From assembly GCA_965222075.1 (NCBI GenBank), contig OZ244937.1:4768001-4832000 (forward strand): a stretch of 64,000 nucleotides of DNA. Reading direction: 5' to 3'. A program made the translations under genes and the position numbers. Source of the stretch: Candidatus Latescibacterota bacterium (GTDB taxonomy: Bacteria > Latescibacterota > UBA2968 > GCA-2709665). This document shows, in pieces, positions 27,396 to 37,992 of the stretch; within the stretch, counting starts at the first letter, position 1, and each line of letters starts with the position of its first letter. The notes beneath the pieces were generated by a model, which saw only the letters and a list, made by a program, of their open reading frames with translations, did not search any database and had not been told where the DNA came from.

Positions 27396-28533
27396 TCAAG
27401 CGCTTTGCCCAGACGACTCCTCCGCGCCCCTCTGGCTTAGATAGGCATGCATAAACGCATCGATATCCCCGTCCATAACCGACTGAATGTTGGAGGTCTC
27501 CACCTCGGTTCGCAGGTCTTTCACCATCTGGTAGGGGTGGAAAACGTAGCTCCGGATCTGACTCCCCCACTCGATCTTCTTCTTGCCGCTCTCCCGTTCT
27601 GCCTGTTTTTCCTCCTCCTTCTCTTTGTAGTGCTGATATAGCCTGGCGCTTAGAATCTTCATCGCAATATTTCGATTCTTGTGCTGTGAACGCTCGTTCT
27701 GGCACTGTACCACGATCCTGGTCGGTACATGGGTGATCCGCACGGCCGAGTCGGTCTTATTCACATGCTGTCCGCCGGCCCCACTTGAGCGATAGGTCTC
27801 TACCTGAAGGTCCTCCTCCCGGATCTCCACCTCAATATCCCCCGCTGCTTCTGGAGACACAAATACCGACGCAAATGAGGTATGGCGTCGGTTGTTGGAA
27901 TCAAACGGCGAAATCCGCACCAGGCGATGCACCCCGATCTCCGACTTTAAATAGCCAAAAGCGTTATCCCCTCGAACTTCAATGGTGACACTCTTGATCC
28001 CGGCGGTCTCTCCGGGCAGCAGATCCAGTATCTTGGTCTGAAATCCACGGCGTTCCGCCCACCGGAGGTACATACGCATCAACACCTGCGCCCAGTCGGC
28101 CGATTCCGTGCCTCCCGCCCCGGGGTGGATGGTCAGAATCGCATTGAGACGGTCCTCCTTCTCCCCCAGCATATGCCGGAGTTCCAGTTCCTCTAAGGCC
28201 CGCTCTAAATCCGCCAGCTCCCCCTCAACCTCCCTCAGCGTTCCGGCGTCGCCCTCCTCCTGGGCCAGCTCGTGCAGCACCTCCAGGTCGCTCTGACGGC
28301 CATCTAAGCCTTTCCAGCCTTCCACCCATTCCTTGTGGGTATTGGCCTCGTCGATAATCTCGCGCGCCTTCTCCTGATCGTCCCAGAAATCCGGACGTTC
28401 CATCCCTTTTTCAAGCGACTCTATCCGGACCTCTCGCCCTGCTAAGTCAAAGATACCTCCCGAGGTTGTCCAGCCGGGCCCTGCATGCCTCCAGCCGGGC
28501 CCGGGCTTCATGATTCTGAATCTCTACAGACAT
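27396..28533 (-). CDS. prfB: Peptide chain release factor 2 with programmed +1 frameshift
   Basis: 28 codons from ATG 28533 to GGGAGG-TAT-CTT-TGA-C (TGA at 28447-28449), then the +1 frame carries SPF and GGQ. Confidence 0.97.
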
Positions 28534-28597
28534 ACCCAACAGCTCCTTCCTGTGTGATCCTAAGCCCTCAGCCAAAACACTTCTGTATTCCTACATA

Positions 28598-29098
28598 CTA
28601 CGCTACCTTTTCCAGGACCCTTACCAACTTCTCGTAGGTCTCTGTCAGCCCCTCCGAAATGACCCGGGTCTCTCCCAGGACCGGCATAAAATTCGTGTCT
28701 CCGTTCCAGCGGGGCACAATATGGAGGTGCAGATGATCCGCAATCCCGGCCCCGGCGACCCGCCCCAGGTTCATCCCGATGTTGAACCCATCGGGATGTA
28801 TTGCCCGGGTTAAGGCCTCAATGCCCTTCTGGCCCAACGCAAACACCTCCAACCGCTCGGCCTCGGACAACGCCGAAAGATCTGCTGTGTGCCGGACTGG
28901 AACGACCATCAGATGCCCATTGGTATAGGGGAAAAGGTTCATCATAATATAACAGGTTGTCCCCCGAAACAGCACCAGATTTTCCGCATCCTCCCGCTCC
29001 TGCCACTTCAGGCAGAACACGCACGCCCCTTGGGGGTACGCCTTTGCCGACGCCCCTGAAATATACGTCATCCGCCACGGCGCCCAGAGCCGCTCCAT
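28598..29098 (-). CDS. HIT family hydrolase
   Basis: LWAPWR, CVFC, NLFPYTNGH, HLHLHIVPRW. Confidence 0.93.
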   Translation of the reverse strand: MERLWAPWRMTYISGASAKAYPQGACVFCLKWQEREDAENLVLFRGTTCYIMMNLFPYTNGHLMVVPVRHTADLSALSEAERLEVFALGQKGIEALTRAIHPDGFNIGMNLGRVAGAGIADHLHLHIVPRWNGDTNFMPVLGETRVISEGLTETYEKLVRVLEKVA

Positions 29099-29110
29099 AG
29101 GAAAACCCCC

Positions 29111-29215
29111 AGTTCCAGGTTCCACCCCGCCCACCTCTCCTCCAGTCCAAGGTTCAAAGTTCCCTCTCACCCCCACCCCTTCGATCTCTGACGCCACAAC
29201 TTTGGAACTTTGAAC
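29111..29215. repeat. GTTCAAA/TTTGAAC heptamer inverted repeat
   Basis: GTCCAAGGTTCAAAGTTC (29145-62) vs AACTTTGGAACTTTGAAC (29198-215). Confidence 0.6.
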
Positions 29216-29223
29216 GCCTCCTT

Positions 29224-29883
29224 CTACCTCAAGTCCACAACCTCAACCCCCTCGGGAGGCTGGAAAGTAAAGATCTCTTCCCTGATGCTTTTGTCCACCT
29301 TCAAATCCGAAAGCATGTGGGTTGTGACATCGTCGTTGATGTTTTGGTATTCAACCTGTCGAACCAGCCAGACTTTTCGGTCCACCCACAGGCGGATGTA
29401 GGGAATATGGCTCTCCTCTTGCCGGGCGATCAATTCCACCAGGTGGCAGGTCTTCCTGTTCACGCGCACCTCGCCCACATACCGGGGCACAAACCGGTCT
29501 GAATACCCCCCCAGCAGAATCAAATCGAAAAGCAGTTTCTCGTAACTCCGGTCGTCCTGCACCGCTCTGTAGTTGCTCATCACCACCTGTTCGTTCACAG
29601 ACGAATAAGTCCAGGCCGTCTTCCCATCGGTCACAACCGTCTGAACCGGGGTCTCAAATCGGAACCGGTCCGGTTTCTGGACGTAGAGCCGCCCCTTGGT
29701 CTCCTGCGTCTGGTCCACCAGTTTCCAGTAGTGTTTCCGTTTAAACCGGGCAGAGAGGCTTTTCATATCCGCAAACCGTTCCTGCAGCCTCCGGATCACC
29801 TCCGAACCGTCAACCCCCCACGCCTGTCCGAACAGCAGGAGGGTGCCTGCGATCAGAAGAACGGCCGTCCGCGTTACCTTCAT
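29224..29883 (-). CDS. lolA: Outer-membrane lipoprotein carrier protein LolA
   Basis: Signal peptide, KPDRFRFE, VVTDGKTAW, FTFQPPEGVEVVDLR; downstream of ftsK. Confidence 0.88.
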   Translation of the reverse strand: MKVTRTAVLLIAGTLLLFGQAWGVDGSEVIRRLQERFADMKSLSARFKRKHYWKLVDQTQETKGRLYVQKPDRFRFETPVQTVVTDGKTAWTYSSVNEQVVMSNYRAVQDDRSYEKLLFDLILLGGYSDRFVPRYVGEVRVNRKTCHLVELIARQEESHIPYIRLWVDRKVWLVRQVEYQNINDDVTTHMLSDLKVDKSIREEIFTFQPPEGVEVVDLR

Positions 29884-29896
29884 AGCCACCTCCACA

Positions 29897-29988
29897 ATGT
29901 GAAACGGCAAACGGCCCCTCCGTCCTTCCCCAAAACCCTGGCTCTGGCTTCCGGGAGGTGGTGGGTGGGGACGTTTCACGTTTCACAT
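29897..29988. repeat. GTGAAAC heptamer inverted repeat
   Basis: ATGTGAAACG (29897-906) vs CGTTTCACGTTTCACAT (29972-88); the same unit is tandem at 4807-4820. Confidence 0.6.
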
Positions 29989-32394
29989 CCCCGACGCTTC
30001 CTCCTCCAGTTGTTCCAGATAATCCTCCCCAACCAGCACCTCCCGACCCTTGCTGCTGCCATCGGATGGGCCCACAATCCCTGCCTGTTCCAGTTCGTCA
30101 ATCAGACGGGCGGCCCGGGCATAGCCCACCTTCATCCGGCGCTGCAGCAGGGAAGCCGACCCCTGCTGGTGCATAACCACCAGGCGCAGGGCCTCATCGA
30201 AACGCTCGTCCCGGACCATTTTGGCAAGGGCCACATCATTCTCATCGTCCTCCAGGTCTACGCCTTCCAGCATTACCCCCTGGCTGCTGACCCATTTCAC
30301 CAGCCGCTCGGTCTCCTCGGTAGACATATTGGCCCCGTGAATCCGAATCGGCTCGGGCTTTCCCGAAGGCATAAAGAGCATATCGCCTCGTCCCAAAAGC
30401 TTCTCCGCCCCATTTGCATCTAAGATCGTGCGGGAATCGACCTTAGAAGCGACCCGGAAAGCAATGCGAGACGGAAAATTCGCCTTAATCGTACCCGTAA
30501 TCACATTTACCGAAGGCCGCTGGGTAGCCAGAATCAGGTGGATGCCCACCGCCCGGGCCATCTGGGCCAGCCGCGCCAGCGAATCCTCGATATCCGTAGG
30601 GGCCGTCATCATCAAATCCGCCAGTTCGTCGATCACTACCACAATATAGGGCAACTGGGGAGACACATCCAGACGGTCTGCCTCCGTCTCTGCCTCATCC
30701 CGCATTCGGTCCAGCTTCCGGTTGAAATCTAAGATATTTCGCACACTGTAGCTGGCCATCGTTCGGTAGCGGTGCTCCATCTCCGCCACCGCCCACTTCA
30801 GGGCCTCCGCCGCCTTTTTCGGCTCCGTCACAACCGGCGCAAGCAGATGCGGAATACTGTCGTAAATGGTGAGTTCCAGCATCTTGGGGTCCACCATCAT
30901 AAACCGGACCTTTTCTGGCGCATTCCGGACCAGAATGCTGGTAATTAAGGCATTGATACAAACCGACTTCCCGCTCCCTGTCGCCCCTGCAATCAGCAGG
31001 TGAGGCATCTCGGCCAAGTCGGTGCAGAAAGGCTCCCCCGCAGCCGTCTTGCCCAGTGCCAGCATCAACTTCGAGCCGGACGACTGAAACGACCCGGACT
31101 CAAGGATTTCCTTCAGATAGACGATCGACGGCTTCTTGTTGGGCACCTCGACCCCCACGGCGGCCTTTCCGGGAATAGGGGCCTGGATGCGGATACCGCG
31201 TGCCTTCATCACCAGCGCCAGGTCATCTGCTAAGTTCACAATCCGGTTGACCTTCACACCCGGTGGAGGCTGCACTTCATAGCATGAGATCACCGGCCCT
31301 GGATTCACCTGCATCACCTTTCCCTCGATGCCAAAGCTGGCCAAACTCCGCTCTAAAGTCTGAGCGCCCTCCAGCAGATGCTCCCGATCCGGCGAGCCAT
31401 CCTCATCTGGTGCATCGTTCAGCAAATCCAAGTCCGGGAGGGTGTAATCCACATCGGAAGATTGATCGATACGCTTCCTGCTTGCCTGAGACCTCGGCAT
31501 CTCTATCGGCAGGGCGACAATCTCCGGTTTCGAATCCTTTACGTCCACCTCCTCCCGGTCATCCTCTTCCTCAATCGTGTCCTCACCTACAGACGCCGAC
31601 TCGGGGACCTCGGACGTATGGGCCGCTTCAAAAAGGGCCTCTTCGCCGATCTCAGATATGTCTTCTCCGGAGGATGTAAGCACCTTTGAGGGGGTTGGCT
31701 CCAATGATACTTTTTGCCGCCTTTTCCGCCGGACCGCACGCCGTGCGGTCCCGGGCCTGACCCATTTTCCAAAGCCCAGCACCCTCCTCCCGACGCCTTT
31801 CACAAAACCCAACACCAGGGTCCAGACCCCCTGTGCGGCCTTTCTCACCAGGTCGGGAATCTGGGAAAAGGGGATATTGGTGACCAGCATCAGCAGCACC
31901 AGAAGCGCCGTCCCCAGCAGGATATAGGACCCGATTTGCCCCAGGTAAGGCACCAGGAACGTAGAGGAAAGCATGACCCCCAGCCACCCGCCCAGGAGAA
32001 AGGCCGTATGGGTGCGTCCCCGGGAAGGCACACCGGTGGCTCCGCAGTAGAGGACCATCAACGATAGCAGCGTCACCGTGTGCCCTACAAGAGGTATAAC
32101 GGCCGACTGCCTGAAACGGTTCCACCCCCACAGAAAAACCAGCGTCGTCAGGGCGTAAGCGCCATAGCCCACAACAAACAGAAGATGGTAGGAAAGATGG
32201 CCGCCCACCCACCCTGCCAGATTCTGTGTCAACTCCGGAGGGCGGCTCGAGTTGGGAGGGTCTTCCGGCGAGTGCGAAACCAGGCTGACCGCCATCAGCA
32301 GGGCCAGCGCCATCAGAAGCACCCCCAGAATCTGGTAGTGCAATCCCGATCGGTTAGACCGTTCCTCCTTCACAATCTTCGACGACTTGCTCAT
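29983..32394 (-). CDS. ftsK: DNA translocase FtsK
   Basis: 4TM N-terminus, PHLLIAGATGSGKS, DELADLM, ATQRPS, gamma domain LQRRMKVGYARAAR. Confidence 0.97.
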   Translation of the reverse strand: MSKSSKIVKEERSNRSGLHYQILGVLLMALALLMAVSLVSHSPEDPPNSSRPPELTQNLAGWVGGHLSYHLLFVVGYGAYALTTLVFLWGWNRFRQSAVIPLVGHTVTLLSLMVLYCGATGVPSRGRTHTAFLLGGWLGVMLSSTFLVPYLGQIGSYILLGTALLVLLMLVTNIPFSQIPDLVRKAAQGVWTLVLGFVKGVGRRVLGFGKWVRPGTARRAVRRKRRQKVSLEPTPSKVLTSSGEDISEIGEEALFEAAHTSEVPESASVGEDTIEEEDDREEVDVKDSKPEIVALPIEMPRSQASRKRIDQSSDVDYTLPDLDLLNDAPDEDGSPDREHLLEGAQTLERSLASFGIEGKVMQVNPGPVISCYEVQPPPGVKVNRIVNLADDLALVMKARGIRIQAPIPGKAAVGVEVPNKKPSIVYLKEILESGSFQSSGSKLMLALGKTAAGEPFCTDLAEMPHLLIAGATGSGKSVCINALITSILVRNAPEKVRFMMVDPKMLELTIYDSIPHLLAPVVTEPKKAAEALKWAVAEMEHRYRTMASYSVRNILDFNRKLDRMRDEAETEADRLDVSPQLPYIVVVIDELADLMMTAPTDIEDSLARLAQMARAVGIHLILATQRPSVNVITGTIKANFPSRIAFRVASKVDSRTILDANGAEKLLGRGDMLFMPSGKPEPIRIHGANMSTEETERLVKWVSSQGVMLEGVDLEDDENDVALAKMVRDERFDEALRLVVMHQQGSASLLQRRMKVGYARAARLIDELEQAGIVGPSDGSSKGREVLVGEDYLEQLEEEASGM

Positions 32395-32516
32395 GGTACA
32401 TACCTGCCTGTTCAAGAATCATCGAAGGGGAGATACAGTGGGGAAGCATCACTCCCGGTGCGGGGAAAATCGCACCGCATAAACATCCATACTGACCCCA
32501 GACCCCAGACCCTTGC

Positions 32517-34202
32517 CTAAAGACCCCTTGCCAGCACCACGGGCGTCCTGGCCCGGTAGACCCGGCCATCCGGACCGGCCGCTTCTAAGTAGAGGATATA
32601 AATCCCCGGCTTCAGATGTCTCCCTCTCTCGCCCGCCCCATCCCAGTCCACCCGACGCCGGCCCCCACCCGGTTCGGCGTTCAACAGCGTCTTCACGCGG
32701 TGTCCCAGGCGGTCGAAAACCCACAGGTTCACATCTGCGCGTGAAATCGACAGGGAATACGTAATCTCCACGCGCTCGCGAAACGGGTTGGGAGAGGCCG
32801 AAAGCCGTACCCCTTCCGACTGCCCCTGCCGGGACACACTGTTCGTCTGGCCCGGCGTCGCCCCGGCCCCGTCCGTGCTAAACAGCCAGTTCTCCGAACC
32901 GCTGCTTGCCCCGTCCGGATCGATCCGTTCCAAAGATCGGTGGGATGCGGGCGCGGTCTGCCTGCCGTAGACCATGCTGTCCACCACACATCCTGTGGCA
33001 TCTCTGATCACCACCGCATCCCCCCCGTCGTTCAGGCGGGGCCACCGCCCCGGCGCCACAACCGGCGCCGTCACATCAGGATACCGGCTCCGAAACCGTC
33101 CGGTATCCTCGGCAACCACCGCATATCCACCCGGCAGCAGCCTCAGGGAACTCGGACCAGACAGCTCGACCGCAGCAGGCCGGCTGTCCTGAATCTGCCA
33201 CCCGGACATGTCCAGGACCTGCTCCGATCGATTCAGAAGCTCAACCCACTCCGGTTCCCTGGCCGGAGGCACAAACATCACCTCATTGACCACCACCTGA
33301 AAGGGGTGTGCGCCCACCACCACCTCCCAGGAGACCCGGTTGTTGGAGGTATCTTGATCGGCCCTAAACCTCGCCCTCGCCGAATAGACATACCGCCCCG
33401 GGGCCACGCCCGTAATCGGATACGCCACCACCAGCGAATCGCCCGGCGCCAGCGCATCCCCCGTCTCTGCCCACACCAACGCCAGCGCCGTGTCGGAGAC
33501 CTCAACCTGGAAGTCCTTCGCAGCCCGTTGTCCCCGGTTAACCACAATCAGTTCAAAGGTCTCCTGTTCCCCCGCTCGAACCTCAAGAGGCGTCTTCGGC
33601 AGTATCAAAAGTGCAAGATCGTCCGCCTTTGGGCTCACACTATTGATCCGCCCGGGCGTTCCCCCCTCCCACCGCGAGTCGGCCCAATTCTCCGGCCCAT
33701 CGCCCGCCCGCGGATCGATCTTCTCTTCCGAATGCCCCGGTCTGTTGCCCACACGGTACGTCATCGACGCGATCGTATCCTCAGACGGCGCAATCAGCAC
33801 AACTCGTTCCGGCCTGGCGTTGCCAAGCCCCCCCTTGCCCAGCGTTGCATCCTCCACCGTTAAAATCAGCGCCTCCTCCGGCAGGGGAGCATAGCGCGTC
33901 GAATGCGCGAAATAGCCTGCATCCAAGACAAGCCCGAACGCCCCTGCCTGCAGTAGCGTAGCCCCTTCCCGGGGAACAATCTCGTCGGTCTCCTCACCGT
34001 CCCCCAAACGCCACCCCTTTAGATCCACCGGCTGCTCGCCCAGATTCTGAATCTCGATAAACTCATCGTAAAACTCGCTTCCTGAAGGATCGAACATCAC
34101 CTCACTGAGGATCACCTGAGCCTCCCCCGTCCCAAACGCTGCCAGCACACCCAGGCATCCCACCAGCGTCTTTACCGCTTCCATCCGTATCGTCTGTCCC
34201 AT
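32517..34202 (-). CDS. Exported protein with two lamin-tail domains, a CARDB-like Ig domain and an FlgD/T9SS-like C-terminus
   Basis: ILSEVMFDP...EFIEI and VVNEVM...EWVEL, TPG motifs, DTSNN, SPNPF...WDG...PGIY. Confidence 0.82.
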   Translation of the reverse strand: MGQTIRMEAVKTLVGCLGVLAAFGTGEAQVILSEVMFDPSGSEFYDEFIEIQNLGEQPVDLKGWRLGDGEETDEIVPREGATLLQAGAFGLVLDAGYFAHSTRYAPLPEEALILTVEDATLGKGGLGNARPERVVLIAPSEDTIASMTYRVGNRPGHSEEKIDPRAGDGPENWADSRWEGGTPGRINSVSPKADDLALLILPKTPLEVRAGEQETFELIVVNRGQRAAKDFQVEVSDTALALVWAETGDALAPGDSLVVAYPITGVAPGRYVYSARARFRADQDTSNNRVSWEVVVGAHPFQVVVNEVMFVPPAREPEWVELLNRSEQVLDMSGWQIQDSRPAAVELSGPSSLRLLPGGYAVVAEDTGRFRSRYPDVTAPVVAPGRWPRLNDGGDAVVIRDATGCVVDSMVYGRQTAPASHRSLERIDPDGASSGSENWLFSTDGAGATPGQTNSVSRQGQSEGVRLSASPNPFRERVEITYSLSISRADVNLWVFDRLGHRVKTLLNAEPGGGRRRVDWDGAGERGRHLKPGIYILYLEAAGPDGRVYRARTPVVLARGL

Positions 34203-34218
34203 ATTACCCCTGCACCCT

Positions 34219-34313
34219 GGTTCAAAGTTCGCCCCTCCCTCCGTCAACACCACCCAGTTCCTGGTTCCTCCCGTCCTCTTTATCCCTATCTGCCACCAAA
34301 TCTAACTTTGAAC
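34219..34313. repeat. GTTCAAA/TTTGAAC heptamer inverted repeat (second copy)
   Basis: GGTTCAAAGTTC (34219-30) vs AACTTTGAAC (34304-13). Confidence 0.55.
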
Positions 34314-34315
34314 GT

Positions 34316-36478
34316 TCATATCATTCTCCGCCTACGCCTCACCGTCCACTCTACGGCCAGCAGACAAACGAGCAAAAAGAACGGCCAGGCCTGCCCCCAG
34401 AGCCTGGATCGATAGCGTACCGTAACCGGCTGAGGCGCAAGGGAGAGATCTCGAACGGCCGCCGGGAATGCATCGGGCCTTACAAAGGCGCCGCCGCTGT
34501 TCGCGGCCAGGTCTTGCAGCAGTTCGGCGTTCATCCGCACCTCTTCATACTCTAAGCTGTAACGTCCCACCGTAAAACGCCCGGTTCCACCGCCCAGATC
34601 GGCCGCACCCTTCACAGCGCGCACCTGGAACGCATAGTCTCCCTGCAGCATCCCCCCCATCCGTCCGCTGTACCGCCCCTCTCCCTCATCTTTGAGCGCC
34701 ACCTCACGGACGTCCCCGTCCTGTGCAACCAAGACCGTCACTGTGGCCCCTTGCTGAGGCTGGAGCAGTTCATCGAACACCTGCGCGTGGAACGTCACCG
34801 GCTCGCCGCTCCGGTAGATCGGTTTATCGGGCACGGCCCTCACACGCGCCACGTCCTCCCGGATTACCAGCCATCGAACGGCGTTCCCCCAGAACGTCTG
34901 CGAAATCACGTCGGTCTTTCCAATGCCCCACATCATCAGCCCAAACCGCCAGAACGTCCTGAACGCCACGGCCATCGCCTTCCCGGCCCCGGCGCGTGTA
35001 ACCGCAACAAGGGGCATCTTTTTGTTGCCCACCCGCTCTGTCGGGTGCTGGAGGAGAACCACGGCCCCCGGCCGGACACCGCGGTTCTGGTTGTAGGCCA
35101 GCAGCGGCGGCAGTTCCGCCCATTCCAGACGATCCGCCAAGGGATCGTCGGAAATCCGCAGAATCGGATGTCGGTATGCCGCCTTCGGTATCTCAACCTG
35201 GAATGGATCAACCCGGTACGTATGGTCCTCCCCGGAGAATGCTAAGGGCAACACCTCTGCCAGGGGTGAGAGGGCATACCCCTGGTGAATCTCGCCTCCC
35301 ACCACCAGCACCCCTCCACCGGCCCGCACAAACGCGGCCAGACGCCGCTCGGGTGTCCCGGAAAGAATCGCCCTGGGGAGATCGAACAGAATCACGAGAT
35401 CCCGGTCGTCGGGCCGGCTCAACAGATCCCGCATCCGGTAGGACCATTCCCCCGACCAGGTCGCGAAAACCACCTCCAACTCCAGGTTCGGGTCGGCTTC
35501 CAGACAGCGGCGCAAATAGGCCAGATCCACACTTGGGCTGCCCGCAACCATCAGCACGCGCACCCGGCTTTCCAGCACTTCCGTAGAGACAATAACCAGG
35601 TTGTTCTCCCGCGACCGCTCCCCCGGCTGGGGGGCCATCGAGATCCGGTAGGCGTGCCGTCCGGCCCGCTCCGGCCGCACCTGGAACCGCACCGTCTGCT
35701 CACCTTCTGAAAGGGTGATCGGTTCTGCGGCAACCCGCCGCCCTCCCTCCTCCAACACCAGCAGGTCCTGAACCCCGCCAAAACCGCTCACCTTCAGGCC
35801 GACCGATATCGAAATCTCCCGCCCCACATATCCCAGCGGATCGATCACCGCCGAAACCAGGGCCAGGTCTTTGGGAGGTTCTGCATCCCCTATGCCTACC
35901 GCAAAAATGGGCGCCCCTAAGTCCACAGCGGCCCGTTCCGGACGGCCGCCTAAGTTGTGCGCCCCATCCGAAATCGAGAAGGCGGCGACCAGCCCCTCCC
36001 CGGCAGTGACCTCCCGCAGGGCATCCAGCGCCCCGGCAATATCGGTCGCCCGCCCGTCCCAGAGGAGAGAATCCACCCCGGCCTCAGACAGGGGGTGTAA
36101 CGCGTCTGAAAACCGGTACCGCACAACCCTCGCACGTGCCTCCAAATCGCGCACGGCGTCACCCTGTAACAGATCCAGCGCCTTGTCCCGGCGCGCTTTG
36201 CCGCCCTCCTCAACCTGCATACTCTCGCTGTTATCCACCAGGAAGGCCACCAGGGGGTTTCGCTGGCGCTGCACCGTCACGGCCAGGGTCGGCTCCATCA
36301 TCAGCGCTAAGAGCAGCACAAACGCCAGCCCCCTCAAAACCATGAGCCACCACGCCCCTCGCCACCTGCCGGCGCCGGGCCGGTAGACCTGGTAGGCCAG
36401 ATAAATGCAGACCGGGATCAGCAGGCCCAGCAGCAGGCCATCGGTCAGAGCCAAATCGAAATCGGACAGGTGGAACAT
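34316..36478 (-). CDS. Membrane-anchored VWA plus glutamine-amidotransferase-like domain protein
   Basis: DNSESM MIDAS, TD, SDG, GGGVLVVGG, C-terminal LAVEWTVRRR. Confidence 0.8.
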   Translation of the reverse strand: MFHLSDFDLALTDGLLLGLLIPVCIYLAYQVYRPGAGRWRGAWWLMVLRGLAFVLLLALMMEPTLAVTVQRQRNPLVAFLVDNSESMQVEEGGKARRDKALDLLQGDAVRDLEARARVVRYRFSDALHPLSEAGVDSLLWDGRATDIAGALDALREVTAGEGLVAAFSISDGAHNLGGRPERAAVDLGAPIFAVGIGDAEPPKDLALVSAVIDPLGYVGREISISVGLKVSGFGGVQDLLVLEEGGRRVAAEPITLSEGEQTVRFQVRPERAGRHAYRISMAPQPGERSRENNLVIVSTEVLESRVRVLMVAGSPSVDLAYLRRCLEADPNLELEVVFATWSGEWSYRMRDLLSRPDDRDLVILFDLPRAILSGTPERRLAAFVRAGGGVLVVGGEIHQGYALSPLAEVLPLAFSGEDHTYRVDPFQVEIPKAAYRHPILRISDDPLADRLEWAELPPLLAYNQNRGVRPGAVVLLQHPTERVGNKKMPLVAVTRAGAGKAMAVAFRTFWRFGLMMWGIGKTDVISQTFWGNAVRWLVIREDVARVRAVPDKPIYRSGEPVTFHAQVFDELLQPQQGATVTVLVAQDGDVREVALKDEGEGRYSGRMGGMLQGDYAFQVRAVKGAADLGGGTGRFTVGRYSLEYEEVRMNAELLQDLAANSGGAFVRPDAFPAAVRDLSLAPQPVTVRYRSRLWGQAWPFFLLVCLLAVEWTVRRRRRMI

Positions 36479-36539
36479 ACAAATAGGGGAGGGTCCAAAA
36501 TGAGACGCCGGGCCGGAAAAGGTACGGAATGGCTGAGTA

Positions 36540-37625
36540 CTACCCGTCCGTATCGCCTCTTGGCCTTGCGCCTGGAAGTTTCAATCGGGGATCGGCGTTC
36601 AGATCCAGCCCCGAACGCTCCCCGCTCGCCAGCCGGAACGCTCCGGCGCTGGCAATCATCGCGGCATTGTCGGTACAGAGCGCGGGAGAGGGGTAAAAAA
36701 CCCGGACGCCTGCCGCCGCGCCGGTCCGCACCATCTCCGCCCGCAGTCTCCGGTTCGCCGCCACGCCCCCCGTCAGGAGCACCTGCTTTGCCTCTGCGGC
36801 GGTGGCAGCCTGCATCGTCTTGTGGACCAGCACATCCACCACAGCGGCCTGGAAGCTTGCGGCCACATCCGCAAGCTCGGCCTCCCGCTCGACCCCGGAA
36901 CGCCCCTTCAAGTGGTACAATACCGATGTCTTCAAACCGCTGAAACTGAACTCGAACCCCTCGGCGTCCATCAGTCCTCGCGGGAAATCAAACGCCGTTG
37001 CATCCCCCGCTTCGGCTGTGGCCGACAGCCGGGGGCCTCCCATCGTCGTTTCCCCCTCCACCAGCAGCCCCAGCATCTTGGCCACCTTATCAAAAGCCTC
37101 CCCGGCGGCGTCGTCCCGAGTCTGCCCCCAGACCTCGTAGGCCCCCGGTTGCAGCACACGGATCAGCTCCGTATGACCGCCCGAGACGACCAGGGCCAGG
37201 AAAGGGGGCCGCAGATCGGAATGTTCCAGCAGACCCGCAAGCAGGTGACCCTCGATATGGTGAACACCGATCAGCGGCAGTCCGGTCCCCAGAACAATCC
37301 CCTTGGCGGCCGATATCCCCACCAGCAAACAGCCGACCAGCCCCGGCCCCTGCGTTACCGCAACCCCGCCCAGCCCATCCAGCGTTATGTCCGCCTCCTC
37401 TAAGGCCTCATGGATGACCGGCATGATCTTGCGCACGTGGTTGCGCGACGCCAGTTCTGGAACCACCCCCCCATACAGGCTGTGCTCGGTCTGTGAAAAG
37501 ATCACATTCGATAAAATACGGCCGTTGCCCACCACGGCCGCGGCCGTTTCATCACAGGACGTTTCGATCCCAAGCACCGGCTTATCCCACGTCCGCAGCC
37601 AGCGTGCATTCGTTTCGGATGTCAT
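36540..37625 (-). CDS. tsaD: tRNA N6-adenosine threonylcarbamoyltransferase
   Basis: LGIETSCDET, GGVVPELASR, HHIEGH, VSGGHT, DDAAGEAFDK, TDNAAMI. Confidence 0.97.
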   Translation of the reverse strand: MTSETNARWLRTWDKPVLGIETSCDETAAAVVGNGRILSNVIFSQTEHSLYGGVVPELASRNHVRKIMPVIHEALEEADITLDGLGGVAVTQGPGLVGCLLVGISAAKGIVLGTGLPLIGVHHIEGHLLAGLLEHSDLRPPFLALVVSGGHTELIRVLQPGAYEVWGQTRDDAAGEAFDKVAKMLGLLVEGETTMGGPRLSATAEAGDATAFDFPRGLMDAEGFEFSFSGLKTSVLYHLKGRSGVEREAELADVAASFQAAVVDVLVHKTMQAATAAEAKQVLLTGGVAANRRLRAEMVRTGAAAGVRVFYPSPALCTDNAAMIASAGAFRLASGERSGLDLNADPRLKLPGARPRGDTDG

Positions 37626-37783
37626 TGGAACTTGCGTGTGGGCTCTAAAGGGGATAGAAGAGGAAAGTAACCAGATCTACACTGATGCCATCAACCCGTT
37701 AGAAGCTGGAAAGAGGAGATAGGTACTCCAGAAGGGAACTGCCCCCGCATAGGGGAAGTTATGCCCCGACAATCGATCCAGGC

Positions 37784-37992
37784 GGACCTCAAAAACCTTT
37801 GGCCGGGGTGCCAACACTACATCCTGGGGCAAACTGGGAATGCGACGACCATTTTTGGAGAGAGTTTCGATTGTGCCGTGCCCCCTGGGAGCATCGCCAG
37901 CAGAAAGCGTTCTGGCGGGAAAGAGGGGCATTTTGCGGATGGAGCCACCAACCCAGTATTTCAAACCGTCAAGAGCCTTCTGTTTGAGGACC
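37784..37992 (-). ncRNA. Candidate rod-shaped structured RNA upstream of tsaD
   Basis: Four nested stems and TTGACA-17-TATTTT directly upstream (38021-37993). Confidence 0.3.
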
